NCBI GenBank assembly: GCA_027493935.1
Contig: JAOSJV010000010.1
Location: 814,483 to 878,482, forward strand
Length of the DNA stretch: 64,000 bases
Direction: 5' to 3'
From: Burkholderiales bacterium
GTDB taxonomy: Bacteria; Pseudomonadota; Gammaproteobacteria; Burkholderiales; SG8-39
Part shown: positions 11,899 through 20,648 of the stretch, piece after piece
Layout: the number at the start of each line of letters is the position of its first letter
Numbering within the stretch: the first letter of the stretch is position 1
Program-made: the position numbers and the translations under genes
The notes under the pieces: generated by a model
What the model saw: the letters and a program-made list of their open reading frames with translations, nothing else
Told to the model about the DNA's origin: nothing
Databases searched by the model: none

Positions 11899-11901
11899 TA
11901 G
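10818..11901 (+). pseudogene. IS630-family transposase, split into two frames at G5 run 10946-10950
   Basis: Frame A: [44 protein letters not shown]. Frame B continues ..[24 protein letters not shown] (HTH) ...[15 protein letters not shown]...[18 protein letters not shown]...[19 protein letters not shown] (DDE). Removing one G joins them. Confidence 0.85.
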
Positions 11902-11950
11902 CGGCCGCCGCACGCATCCACGCGAGCAAGCACACCCGAGGAGGCCTCAC

Positions 11951-14056
11951 GTGCCACAGTATCTCGTCGGCATCGACATCGGCGGGACGTTCACCGACTG
12001 CGTGATCGTCGACGACCGCGGGCGCATGCTGTCCACCAAGGTTCCGTCGACCCCGGACGACTTCGCGCAGGGCATGATGGACTCGATGCGCGTCGGTGCG
12101 GAGGCGCTAGGCATCGGCCTGGAGGCGTTCTGCCGCGCGATCCGGTTCCTCTCGCACGGGACCACCGTCGGCACCAACACGATCATCCAGAAGCGCGGCG
12201 CGCGGGTCGGCCTGATCACGACCAAGGGCCACGAGGACGCGATCCACATCATGCGCGGCTCGCGCGGCCACACCGGCAGGGACATCCGCAAGGTGGTGCA
12301 CTTCCCGGAGACCGCCAAGCCCGCGCCGATCGTTCCGAAGCGGCTGATCCGCGGCGTGTCCGAGCGGGTCGACTGCTTCGGTGAGATCGTCGTGGCGCTG
12401 AACGAGGCCGAGACCGAGCGCGCGATCCGCGCGCTCGTCGAGGCGGGCGTGGAGGCGGTCGCGATCTGCTTCCTGTGGTCGTTCCGCAACCCGCGTCACG
12501 AGCGGCGTGTCGCGGAGATGGTGAAATCCATCGCGCCCGGACTGTTCGTGACGTGCTCGGTCGACATCGCCCCGCGCTGGGGCGAGTACGAGCGGGTGAC
12601 CGCGACCGCGCTGAACGCCTATCTCGGCCCGATCATGACCGGCTACCTGGCGCGCCTCGACGGCGTGCTGACGAAGCTCGGCTACCATCACGGCCTGCAG
12701 ATCACCCAGTGCGGCGGCGGCACGATCTCGGTCGCGCGCGCGACCGAGGCGCCGCTGCTCACGCTCGACTCCGGTCCGGTGGCGGGCGTCACCGCCTCGC
12801 TGTACCTCGGCGGGGCGATGGGCGACCGCAACATCATCACCACCGACATGGGCGGCACGTCGTTCGACGTGTCGATCGTCCACGAGGGCAAGCCGGCCTA
12901 TTCGTTCATCAGCAACACCGACCAGTACGAGTACTTCCTGCCCAAGGTGGACATCCAGGCGATCGGCTCCGGCGGCGGCAGCCTGGTGCGCGTCGACCCT
13001 GCGGCGCGCGCCATGAAGGTGGGCCCGGACAGCGCCGGCGCGTTCCCCGGCCCGGTCGCCTACCAGCGCGGCGGCACGGTGCCCACGGTCACCGACGCCC
13101 AACTCGTGCTCGGCTACCTCGACCCGGACAAGTTCGCCGGCGGACGCATGAAGCTGGATCGGGGCGCCGCGATGCGCGCGATCGAGACGATCGCCAAGCC
13201 GCTCGGCATGGACGCGGTCGAGTGCGCGGCCGGCATCTGCCGCATCGTCGAGCTGCAGATGGCCGATATCATCCGCAAGGTCACCGTCGAGAAGGGCTAC
13301 GATCCGCGAGATTTCGTGCTCTATGCGTTCGGCGGCGCCGGCCCCGCGCACGCCGGCGTGTTCGCCTACGAGCTCGGCATCCGCAAGGTGATCATACCGC
13401 AGCGCAGGGTCGCCTCGACCTGGTGCGCGTTCGGGGCCGCGGCGGCCGACGTGCTGCACATCTACGAGCACACCGAGATTCTGCCGACGCCGGTGCCGGC
13501 CGAGCACATCAACCGCAACCTCGCCCGGCTCGAGGCCGAGGCGCGCCGGCGCATGGCAGCCGAGGGCATCGCGCGCCCCCGCCAGCGCCTCGAGTTCTCG
13601 CTCGACGTGCGCCACAAGGGGCAAATCAACGAGGTCGAGGTACCGCTCGCGGCGCGCCGGCTGCCAGCGCGCTACGAGCCGCGGCTAAGGGCCGATTTCG
13701 TCAAGCGCTATGAGCAGCTCTACGGGCGCGGCGCCGCGCTGCCCGGCGCGCAGCTCGAGATCGTCGCCTGCCGCCTGCGCGCGCGCGCGCTCACGCCGCG
13801 ACCCAAGCTCGTGCGCTCGAAGAAGGCCACCGCCGCGATTCCGCGCGCCGCGGTCCGGCCCGCACGCCAGATCTACTGGTCAGACCTCGAGCGCTACCGC
13901 CGGACCCCGGTGTACGACGGCGAGCGCCTCGCGGCGGGCAACCGCATCGCCGGACCGGCGATCGTCGAGACCGCGGACACGACCGTCGTGGTCCATCCCG
14001 GCCGCCGGCTGCGGGTCGATCCGCTCGGCAACTTCGAGATCACCTTCGGCAAGTGA
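11951..14056 (+). CDS. Hydantoinase A / oxoprolinase family protein (acetone-carboxylase beta-like subunit)
   Basis: GAGGAGG RBS and GTG 11951. N-terminal ASKHA signature YLVGIDIGGTFTDCVIVDD, then TDMGGTSFDVS and GSGGGS. 701 aa, intact. Confidence 0.9.
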   Translation: MPQYLVGIDIGGTFTDCVIVDDRGRMLSTKVPSTPDDFAQGMMDSMRVGAEALGIGLEAFCRAIRFLSHGTTVGTNTIIQKRGARVGLITTKGHEDAIHIMRGSRGHTGRDIRKVVHFPETAKPAPIVPKRLIRGVSERVDCFGEIVVALNEAETERAIRALVEAGVEAVAICFLWSFRNPRHERRVAEMVKSIAPGLFVTCSVDIAPRWGEYERVTATALNAYLGPIMTGYLARLDGVLTKLGYHHGLQITQCGGGTISVARATEAPLLTLDSGPVAGVTASLYLGGAMGDRNIITTDMGGTSFDVSIVHEGKPAYSFISNTDQYEYFLPKVDIQAIGSGGGSLVRVDPAARAMKVGPDSAGAFPGPVAYQRGGTVPTVTDAQLVLGYLDPDKFAGGRMKLDRGAAMRAIETIAKPLGMDAVECAAGICRIVELQMADIIRKVTVEKGYDPRDFVLYAFGGAGPAHAGVFAYELGIRKVIIPQRRVASTWCAFGAAAADVLHIYEHTEILPTPVPAEHINRNLARLEAEARRRMAAEGIARPRQRLEFSLDVRHKGQINEVEVPLAARRLPARYEPRLRADFVKRYEQLYGRGAALPGAQLEIVACRLRARALTPRPKLVRSKKATAAIPRAAVRPARQIYWSDLERYRRTPVYDGERLAAGNRIAGPAIVETADTTVVVHPGRRLRVDPLGNFEITFGK

Positions 14057-14066
14057 GGAGGCACGC

Positions 14067-16376
14067 ATGAACGCTCCGCTCCCCAAGCTCTCCGAGATGG
14101 CGCCCGAGCGCTTCGACGGGCGCCGCTCCGGCTACGTGCCGCCGAAGAAGCTGCGCCTGTCGCCGAAGCTCAGGCTGCACCGCAAGTGGGCGCGCAGCAT
14201 CGACCCGGTGACCTACGAGGTGGTGCGCCACGCGCTGTGGAACGTGAACGAGGAGCACGGCTCGACGATCCAGCGCCTCTCGGGTTCGCCAGTGGCCATG
14301 TACGCGCTCGACCTCAACCCGTCGATCCTCACCGAGGACGCCGAGTTCGTGTTCTTCGGCCCATACATGCAATACATGTCCGGCGTCACCGACACCCAGG
14401 TCAAGTGGACGCTCGAGCATCGCGCCGACAACCCGGGCATCCGGCCCGGCGACATGTTCATCGCCAATGACCCGTGGGTCGGCGCGGCGCACCAGATGGA
14501 CGTCATGCTGCTGTGCCCGGTGTTCTGGAAGAACGAGCTGTTCTGCTGGGTCACGAACTGCCTCCATCAGTACGACATCGGCGGCATCACCCCCGGGCAG
14601 CTTCTGCCCGGGCGCGCGCGACGCGTTCGACGAGGGGATCCTGATCCCGCCGACCAAGATCGTGGAGGGCGACGAGGTGCGGCGCGACATCGAGGAGCTC
14701 TACCTGCGCTCCTCTCGCAAGCCTTCCGCGGTGGCGCTCGACTTCCGCGCCCAGCTTGCCGGCAACATCACCGCGCGCGACCGGGTGCTTGCGCTCATCC
14801 GCCGCTACGGCGCCGAGACGGTCAAGGGCGTGATGAAGAAGATCATCGACGACGGCGAGCGCGCGTTCCTGGCGAAGCTCGCCCGGCTGCCCGACGGCGT
14901 GTGGCGCGACCGCACCTACATCGAGTGCGCGCGGCCCGGCGACCGCTCCACCCACCGCGTGATGATCACGTTGCGCAAGCACGGAAGGAAGCTCGTGTTC
15001 GAGAACGAGGGCACCGCGGCGCAGACCGGCGCGATCAACGCCACCTACTCCGGCTGGCGCGGCTCGATCATGGTCGCGCTGAACGAGCTCCTGTGCTGGG
15101 ACCAGTACTACGCGGTAGGCGGCGCGCTGCGCCACGTCGATTTCAACCCGACGCCGGGGACGCTGAACTGCGCCGACTTCCCGGCCTCGGTGTCCACCGC
15201 ACCGGTGCAATGCATGGAGATCTCGCTCTACCCGGCCTACAACGTGATCTCGAAGATGATGCACGCCGACCCGGCGATGCGCAACGACACCATGTGCATC
15301 GGCGGCACCAGCCAGTGGCCGGCCACCATCTTCCGGAGGCATCGACCAATGGGGCGAGCGCTACGGCTACCTGCTGGTCGACCCGATCGGAGGCGCGATC
15401 GGCGCGTTCTCGCACGCCGACGGCATATCGACCGGAGGCCAGTCGCGCACGCCGATCTGCAGGCTGCCCAACGTCGAGCACACCGAGCAGACGTTCCCGC
15501 TGCTGTTCCTCTACCGCAAGGAGATGCCCGACTCCGGCGGCGCCGGCAAGTTCCGCGGCGGGCTCTCGGCCGAGTCTTGCTTCATCCCGCACCGCACCGA
15601 CCGCATCACCCAGGACACGCTTTCCTCGGGCAACGCGCTGCCGACCTCGACCGGCATGATGGGCGGCTATCCCGGCGCGGTGAACCGCTACCGCTTCATG
15701 CGCAACACCGACATCGCCGAGCGCATGCGCCGCGCGGAGCTGCCGGCGGACATCAGCGAGGTCGCGGGCGACTGGGAGGAACTGCAGCTGCGCCAGCAGG
15801 ACTTCGTGCAGCACCCGACCGACGTCTACGCCGTGCTGTGGTCGGCGGCGGGCGGTTTTGGCGATCCGCTCGAGCGCGACCCGGCCAGGGTTGCGGCCGA
15901 CGTCGAGAACACCGACGTCACGCCGTCCGCCGCCCGCGAGGTATACGGCGTCGTGATCGGCGCGCACGGCACGGCCGATCTCGCGGCGACCGGGCGCCTG
16001 CGCGGCGAGATGCGCGCGGCACGCATCGCGCGCGGGCGCCGTCCCGCGGGCGAGACCGGCAAGACGGGCGGGAAGCGGCGCCTGCTCGCCACCGCGAGCC
16101 TCGCCGTGCACGACACCCCCGGCCGGGCCGCGGCATGCGTGCGCCAAGTGCGAGACCGACCTCGGGCCGGTCGACGCGAATTACAAGGAGCACTGCGTCC
16201 GCGACGACCGCGCCATCCAGGCGTCGAATCCCATCGTCGGCGATCCGGCGCGCTTTCTCGACGTGACGCCGGTCTTCCGCCAGTTCTACTGCCCCGGCTG
16301 CGGCCTCGCCATCGAGAACGAGATCGCGGTGTCGGACGAACCGCTGCTGCGCGACGTGGAGCTGCGCTTGACGTGA
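14067..16376 (+). pseudogene. Hydantoinase B / oxoprolinase family protein with a fused acetone-carboxylase-gamma-like Zn-ribbon C-terminus; three +1 frame breaks as sequenced
   Basis: The protein-like signal passes through frames 0, 1, 2 and back to 0. The segments are: ...DPWVGAAHQMDVMLLCPVFWKNELFCWVTNCLHQYDIGGITPG | SFCPGARDAFDEGILIPPTKIVEGDEV...SQWPATIFR | GIDQWGERYGYLLVDPIGGAIGAF...MPDSGGAGKFRGG...AVHDTP | GPRHACAKCETDLGPVDANYKEHCV...FRQFYCPGCGLAIENE...LRLT*. The breaks are at C5 14590-14594, near 15337, and at C5 16116-16120. Confidence 0.8.
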
Positions 16377-16482
16377 CGGTGGACAGCGGGCAGTTGGCGG
16401 TTGGCAACTGGCGGCCCGCGGCAGGAGCGTTGCGGGTGGCGTCGCGCGGCCCGCGGCACACTGCCGACCGTTACGTACCGAC
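16377..16482. repeat. Heptad-armed palindromic intergenic element, copy a (hyuB/tetR convergent gap)
   Basis: Left arm GGTGGACAGCGGGCAGTTGGCGGTTGGCAACTGGCGG. Internal direct repeat GGCCCGCGGCA x2. A weaker right arm CACTGCCGACCGTTACG overlaps the tetR stop. Confidence 0.6.
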
Positions 16483-17211
16483 TTTCCGCAGCTTGGTGGG
16501 CTTCTTCTGCTTGCCGACTACGCGTCGCAGCGCGCCCGGTGCACCTTCCAGCAGCGCGTCGACCGCGATCTCGATCGCCCTCGCGGCGTTGACGCGCATC
16601 TTCATGCGGTAGACGTACTTGCGCACGCCGTAATAGAAGATCGCCGACTGCAGGACGAAGACGAGCTCTAGCTCCTCGTCGCCGAGCGGTACTGCCTCGG
16701 GCGCGGGCAGTCCGAACTCGTGGCGCAATTCGCGCCCGATGCGCTTCAGCACGCGGTGCTCGAGGCGCGCGATGTAGCGGCGGTTGAACCCCACCCCGAC
16801 CAGGCCCGAGTGGAGGTAGATCCGCAGCCACTGTGGGCTGAAAATCGCGCGCGTGTAGCGCGCGTAGAATGCGATCAGGCGCCGGCGCAGCGGAATCGCG
16901 CGATCCTCGAGCAGCCGCTCCCATTCCGGATCCCAGCGGTCGATGTAGACCTGGCGGTAGACGCGCTCGATCAGATCCTGCTTGGACGGAAAGTAGCGGT
17001 AAAGCAGCGGCTGGGTGATGCCGAGCCGGCGCGAGAGCTCGCGCGTGCGGCCGCCGAAGCCGGCCTCGGCGAAGAAATCGATCGCCGCCGCGACGATCTG
17101 CCGCTCACGCTCGTCCGGCGCGAGCCGCCGCCGCGGCCGCCCTTGCGCGCCGGGATGGCCGTCGCCGCACGCGGCGGTCGTGCGGCCCGGGCGGCGGTCG
17201 GCGGATGGCAA
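16471..17211 (-). CDS. TetR/AcrR-family transcriptional regulator
   Basis: HTH region RERQIVAAAIDFFAEAGFGGRTRELSRRLGITQPLLYRYFPSKQDLI. The only available start is TTG 17211, 10 nt after the upstream gene's stop. Confidence 0.8.
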   Translation of the reverse strand: MPSADRRPGRTTAACGDGHPGAQGRPRRRLAPDERERQIVAAAIDFFAEAGFGGRTRELSRRLGITQPLLYRYFPSKQDLIERVYRQVYIDRWDPEWERLLEDRAIPLRRRLIAFYARYTRAIFSPQWLRIYLHSGLVGVGFNRRYIARLEHRVLKRIGRELRHEFGLPAPEAVPLGDEELELVFVLQSAIFYYGVRKYVYRMKMRVNAARAIEIAVDALLEGAPGALRRVVGKQKKPTKLRKVGT

Positions 17212-17220
17212 GGCGGTCGC

Positions 17221-18096
17221 TCAGGCCGCTGAGGCCTGCAGGTACCAGTCGAGAATCTGCTCGCCGGTCCAGAAAAGCACGCCGGGCCGGGCGGCGATGT
17301 GCTCGTAGAGCCGCTCGACGTAGCCGATGCGGTGCGGCACCCCGCTCAGGTACGGGTGCACGCTGATCGACATCACTCGCGTGATGCGCGCGCTCTCGTC
17401 GTAGAGCCGGTCGAACTGATCGCGCCCGCGGCGCAGGAACTCTTCCGACGAGTGCTGCTGCACCGCCATCACCGCGACGTCGTTCACCTCGACGGTGTAC
17501 GGGACCGACACGACCGGACCGTGCGCGGTGGCGATCGACATCGGCTGATCGTCGAGCACCCAGTCGGCGACGTACTCGATCCCTTCGGCGGCGAGCAGGT
17601 CGAGCGTCTCGCCCGTCTCGGTGAGCCCTGGGCTTTCCCAGCCGCGCGGCGCGCGGCCGGCGGCTGCGCGGATCGCGGCCAGCGTGTCGCGGATCGCCGC
17701 GCCCTGGTCCTCGACGTGGTGCATCGGGCCCTGCACGTAGCCGTGCCCCATGAACTCCCAGCCGGCGTCGCGCGCGGCCTGGACGATGCGCGGATAGGTG
17801 CGGCAGACCGCACCGTTCGTTGCGAGCGTCGGCGTCACGCCGAAGCGCTGCATGCACTCGGCGATGCGCCAGAAACCCACGCGCATGCCGTACTCGTGCC
17901 ACGCCCAGTTCGGCAGGTCCGGCAGCAGGGGCTGCCCCATCGGCGGCGGCAGCACCGTGCGCGGCATCGGCCGCTCGATCGCCCATTCCTCTACGTTGAC
18001 GATCGTCCACACGACGATGCGCGCGCCCTCGGGCAGCGCGAGCGGCGGACGGTCGACGATCGCGGAATAAGGCAAGCGCTCGCGCGGGGTCGGCAT
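17221..18096 (-). CDS. Polysaccharide deacetylase family protein (PuuE/allantoinase-like divergent deacetylase)
   Basis: 291 aa, ATG 18096. Sequence ...RIVVWTIVNVEEW...NWAWHEYGMRVGFWRI...GWEFMGHGY...SISVHPYLSGVPHRIGY... matches the NodB-fold PuuE-like family. Confidence 0.8.
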   Translation of the reverse strand: MPTPRERLPYSAIVDRPPLALPEGARIVVWTIVNVEEWAIERPMPRTVLPPPMGQPLLPDLPNWAWHEYGMRVGFWRIAECMQRFGVTPTLATNGAVCRTYPRIVQAARDAGWEFMGHGYVQGPMHHVEDQGAAIRDTLAAIRAAAGRAPRGWESPGLTETGETLDLLAAEGIEYVADWVLDDQPMSIATAHGPVVSVPYTVEVNDVAVMAVQQHSSEEFLRRGRDQFDRLYDESARITRVMSISVHPYLSGVPHRIGYVERLYEHIAARPGVLFWTGEQILDWYLQASAA

Positions 18097-18120
18097 GGGC
18101 TTACTCGGCCGGGGTAAGAG

Positions 18121-18256
18121 AATGACCGTGGGCAGTGGGCAGTAGACAGTGGACAGTGGCCGGCAAGCGTAGAAGGTGGGCAGTCAACGCTTCTCCGGCG
18201 CCCACGCGGCACGCCCTACTGCCCATCGCTCACTGCTCATTTCCCGCTATCCACTC
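18121..18256. repeat. Heptad-armed palindromic intergenic element, copy b
   Basis: Left arm GTGGGCAGTGGGCAGTAGACAGTGGACAGTGGCC (tandem 7-mers) plus GGTGGGCAGTC. Right arm CTACTGCCCATCGCTCACTGCTCATTTCCCGCTATCCACTC overlaps the lutB stop at 18237. Confidence 0.75.
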
Positions 18257-19652
18257 TCCTTCTGGCGTACAGCTCGCGGAACGTCCTGCCTTCCGGCGCC
18301 GGCATGTCGCGCCCCCGGGTCCAGGCGCCGCCGAAAGGCAGGCGGCTGATCCTCCGCCGGCCGCCGCCCAGAAACCGCAGGTAGCGCGCGGCCATGCGCG
18401 TCACGGACGCGTAGAGCCGCGGCCGCTGCGCAAGCCAAGACCAGGCGCGGATGGCGAGCACCTCGCTCCGCGGCCGCAAGCCGCGGTCGACCTGCTTCTC
18501 GCGCAGTTTGCGCAGGAGCTCCGGCAGCGGGATCTTCACCGGGCACACGACGCCGCACTCGCCGCAGAGCGTCGAGGCGTGCGGCAGATCGAGCGCATTC
18601 TCTAGTCCGAGGTAGGACGGGGTGAGCACCGAGCCCATCGGCCCCGGATACACCCAGCCGTAGGCGTGGCCGCCGATTGTCTGATACACCGGGCAGTGGT
18701 TCATGCACGCCCCGCAGCGGATGCAACGCAGCATCTCGTGCAGGTCGCCGCCAATGAGGTTGGTGCGGCCATTGTCGACCAGGATGAAATACATGTGCTC
18801 CGGGCCGTCGCGGTCGCCGGGCGCGCGCACCCCGGTCGCCACGGTGAAGTAGTTCGAGATCGACTGCCCGGTCGCCGAGCGCGGCAGCAGCCGCATGACG
18901 AGCGCGAGATCCTCGAGCGTCGGCAGCACCTTCTCGATGCCGGTGATGCATACGTGCACCCTGGGCAGCGTCGTCACCATGCGCCCGTTGCCCTCGTTCG
19001 TCACCAGCGCCACCGAACCGGTCTCGGCGATCAGGAAGTTGCCGCCGGAGATGCCCATGTCGGCGCTGAGGAAGTGGCCGCGCAGCACCTCGCGCGCCTC
19101 GCGCGTCATCTGCGGGATGTCGAGCGTTCGCGGGCGCCCGTGCGCGCGCTCGAAGAGGTCGGCCACCTGCTCCTTGCTCTTGTGGATCGCGGGCGCGATG
19201 ATGTGCGACGGCGGCTCCCCGGCGAGCTGCAGGATGTACTCGCCGAGGTCGGTTTCGACCGCCTGCACGCCGGCAGCCTCCAGGCGCTGGTTGAGCGATG
19301 CCTCCTCCGAGAGCATCGACTTCGACTTCGTCACCTTGCGCACGCCGTGGTGGCGGCAGAGCTCGATCACGAGGCGCGCGACCTCCTCGCCGGTCTCGGC
19401 GAAGAGCACACTTGCGCCGCGGCGCTTCGCCTCGCGTTCGAAGCGCTCGATCCAGACGTCGAGGTTTTCGAGCGCGCGGTCGCGCGCCGCCGCCGCGGCG
19501 GTGCGCGTGCCCTCGAAATCGTCGAGCTCGCCGATCACCTTGGCGCGCGCGGCGACGAAGCGCCCACCGAAGCGGCGCATGTTCGACTGCAGCTGCGCGT
19601 TGGCGAGCTCGGCCGCGGCGCGGCGCTTGAAGTGGGCGGACTGAGGTTGCAT
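18237..19652 (-). CDS. lutB: Lactate utilization protein B (LutB, Fe-S / LUD-domain oxidoreductase)
   Basis: 471 aa, intact. Two ferredoxin-type Cys clusters (CIRCGACMNHCPVY and CGECGVVCPVKIP) and a LUD/DUF162 region (GISGGNFLIAETGSVALVTNEGNGR). Confidence 0.9.
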   Translation of the reverse strand: MQPQSAHFKRRAAAELANAQLQSNMRRFGGRFVAARAKVIGELDDFEGTRTAAAAARDRALENLDVWIERFEREAKRRGASVLFAETGEEVARLVIELCRHHGVRKVTKSKSMLSEEASLNQRLEAAGVQAVETDLGEYILQLAGEPPSHIIAPAIHKSKEQVADLFERAHGRPRTLDIPQMTREAREVLRGHFLSADMGISGGNFLIAETGSVALVTNEGNGRMVTTLPRVHVCITGIEKVLPTLEDLALVMRLLPRSATGQSISNYFTVATGVRAPGDRDGPEHMYFILVDNGRTNLIGGDLHEMLRCIRCGACMNHCPVYQTIGGHAYGWVYPGPMGSVLTPSYLGLENALDLPHASTLCGECGVVCPVKIPLPELLRKLREKQVDRGLRPRSEVLAIRAWSWLAQRPRLYASVTRMAARYLRFLGGGRRRISRLPFGGAWTRGRDMPAPEGRTFRELYARRRVDSGK

Positions 19653-19790
19653 GGAGGAAAGTGGACAGTGGGCAGTGGACCGTTAGCGGCGGACCCTCGT
19701 CGCTGTCGCGCAGCAGCTGCGTGAATCGCGGACTGCGCCGCACGGTCTGCTGCCCACTGCCCCCTGCCCGCTGTTCACTGCCCTGTCTCG
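19653..19790. repeat. Heptad-armed palindromic intergenic element, copy c (lutA-lutB spacer)
   Basis: Left arm GTGGACAGTGGGCAGTGGACCGTTAGCGGCGG. Right arm CTGCTGCCCACTGCCCCCTGCCCGCTGTTCACTGCCCTGTC covers the lutA stop at 19775. The arms are mutually complementary (CAGTGGGCAG / CTGCCCACTG). Confidence 0.8.
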
Positions 19791-20521
19791 CTTCCCGCGA
19801 GTACCTCGGCCACGTGCAGCACCCGCGTGCGCTCGTCGCCGCCGCGGCGCAGCCGCCCCTCGATGTTCAGCATGCAGCCGAGGTCGCCGAGCACCACCGC
19901 GTCGGCGCCGCTCGCCGCGATGTTCGCGCACTTCTTCTCCGCCATCGCGGCCGAGACGTCGCCGAACTTGATCGAAAAGGTGCCGCCGAAGCCGCAGCAC
20001 GCCGTGGCGTCCTTCATCTCCGCGAGCTCGAGGCCAGCGACCCTGGGGGGCGCCCCCCCGGGGCCCCCCCCCCCGCCCCCCCCCCCCCCGAGCTCGCGCA
20101 GCCCCGAGCAGCTGTCGTGGTAGGTCACCGTGCCCTCGAAGGCCCCGGGCACCGCATCGAGCTTCGCCACGTTCGCCAGGAAGTCCGTGAGCTCGTAGGT
20201 CTTGGCGCACAGGCGGCCGATCCGGTCCAGCGTGACAGGCTCGTCGCCGAACAGATCCGGATAGTGCGTGCGGATCATTCCGGCGCAGGAGCCCGACGGC
20301 GCGACCACGTAGTCGAAGCCCTCGAACTCCTCGAGCACCTTGCGCGCGAGTGCCCGGGCCGATGCGCGGTCGCCCGAGTTGTAGCCGGGCTGTCCGCAGC
20401 AGGTCTGGGTCGCCGGCACGGCGACCTCGCAGCCGGCAGCCTCGAGCAGCCGCAGCGCCGCGAAGCCGATCCGCGGACGCACGAGGTCGACGAGACAGGT
20501 GACGAACAGTCCGACGCGCAT
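19775..20521 (-). CDS. lutA: Lactate utilization protein A (LutA, CCG-domain Fe-S oxidoreductase) containing an anomalous homopolymer block
   Basis: ATG 20521 (MRVGLFVTCLVD...). CCG motifs: TQTCCGQPGYNSG and ATACCGFGGTFSIKF. The ORF is intact, but residues LRELGGGGGGGGGPGGAPPRVAGLE derive from the poly-C/G block at 20045-20089. Confidence 0.85.
   Translation of the reverse strand: MRVGLFVTCLVDLVRPRIGFAALRLLEAAGCEVAVPATQTCCGQPGYNSGDRASARALARKVLEEFEGFDYVVAPSGSCAGMIRTHYPDLFGDEPVTLDRIGRLCAKTYELTDFLANVAKLDAVPGAFEGTVTYHDSCSGLRELGGGGGGGGGPGGAPPRVAGLELAEMKDATACCGFGGTFSIKFGDVSAAMAEKKCANIAASGADAVVLGDLGCMLNIEGRLRRGGDERTRVLHVAEVLAGSETGQ
20045..20089. repeat. Compound homopolymer block G6-CG-C7-G4-C11-G-C14 inside lutA
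   Basis: Read directly: GGGGGGCGCCCCCCCGGGGCCCCCCCCCCCGCCCCCCCCCCCCCC. No other run in the window comes close to this length. Confidence 0.95.
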
Positions 20522-20648
20522 CGGGGGAAGCGGTTGTTCGAATCTTCGTCGACGCCACGCCCGGGCGCCGGCCGTCGGCGGATGGTAGCACGCGGCCGGC
20601 GTCGCCCTGCCGGGCGGCCGCCGTTCGGTTTCGGATGGCGGGTTACAA

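Noticed and set aside
18097-18236. An expected lutC gene downstream of lutB.
   Set aside because: Only a 140-bp repeat-filled spacer is present before the deacetylase gene. No LUD-domain ORF is visible in any frame here.
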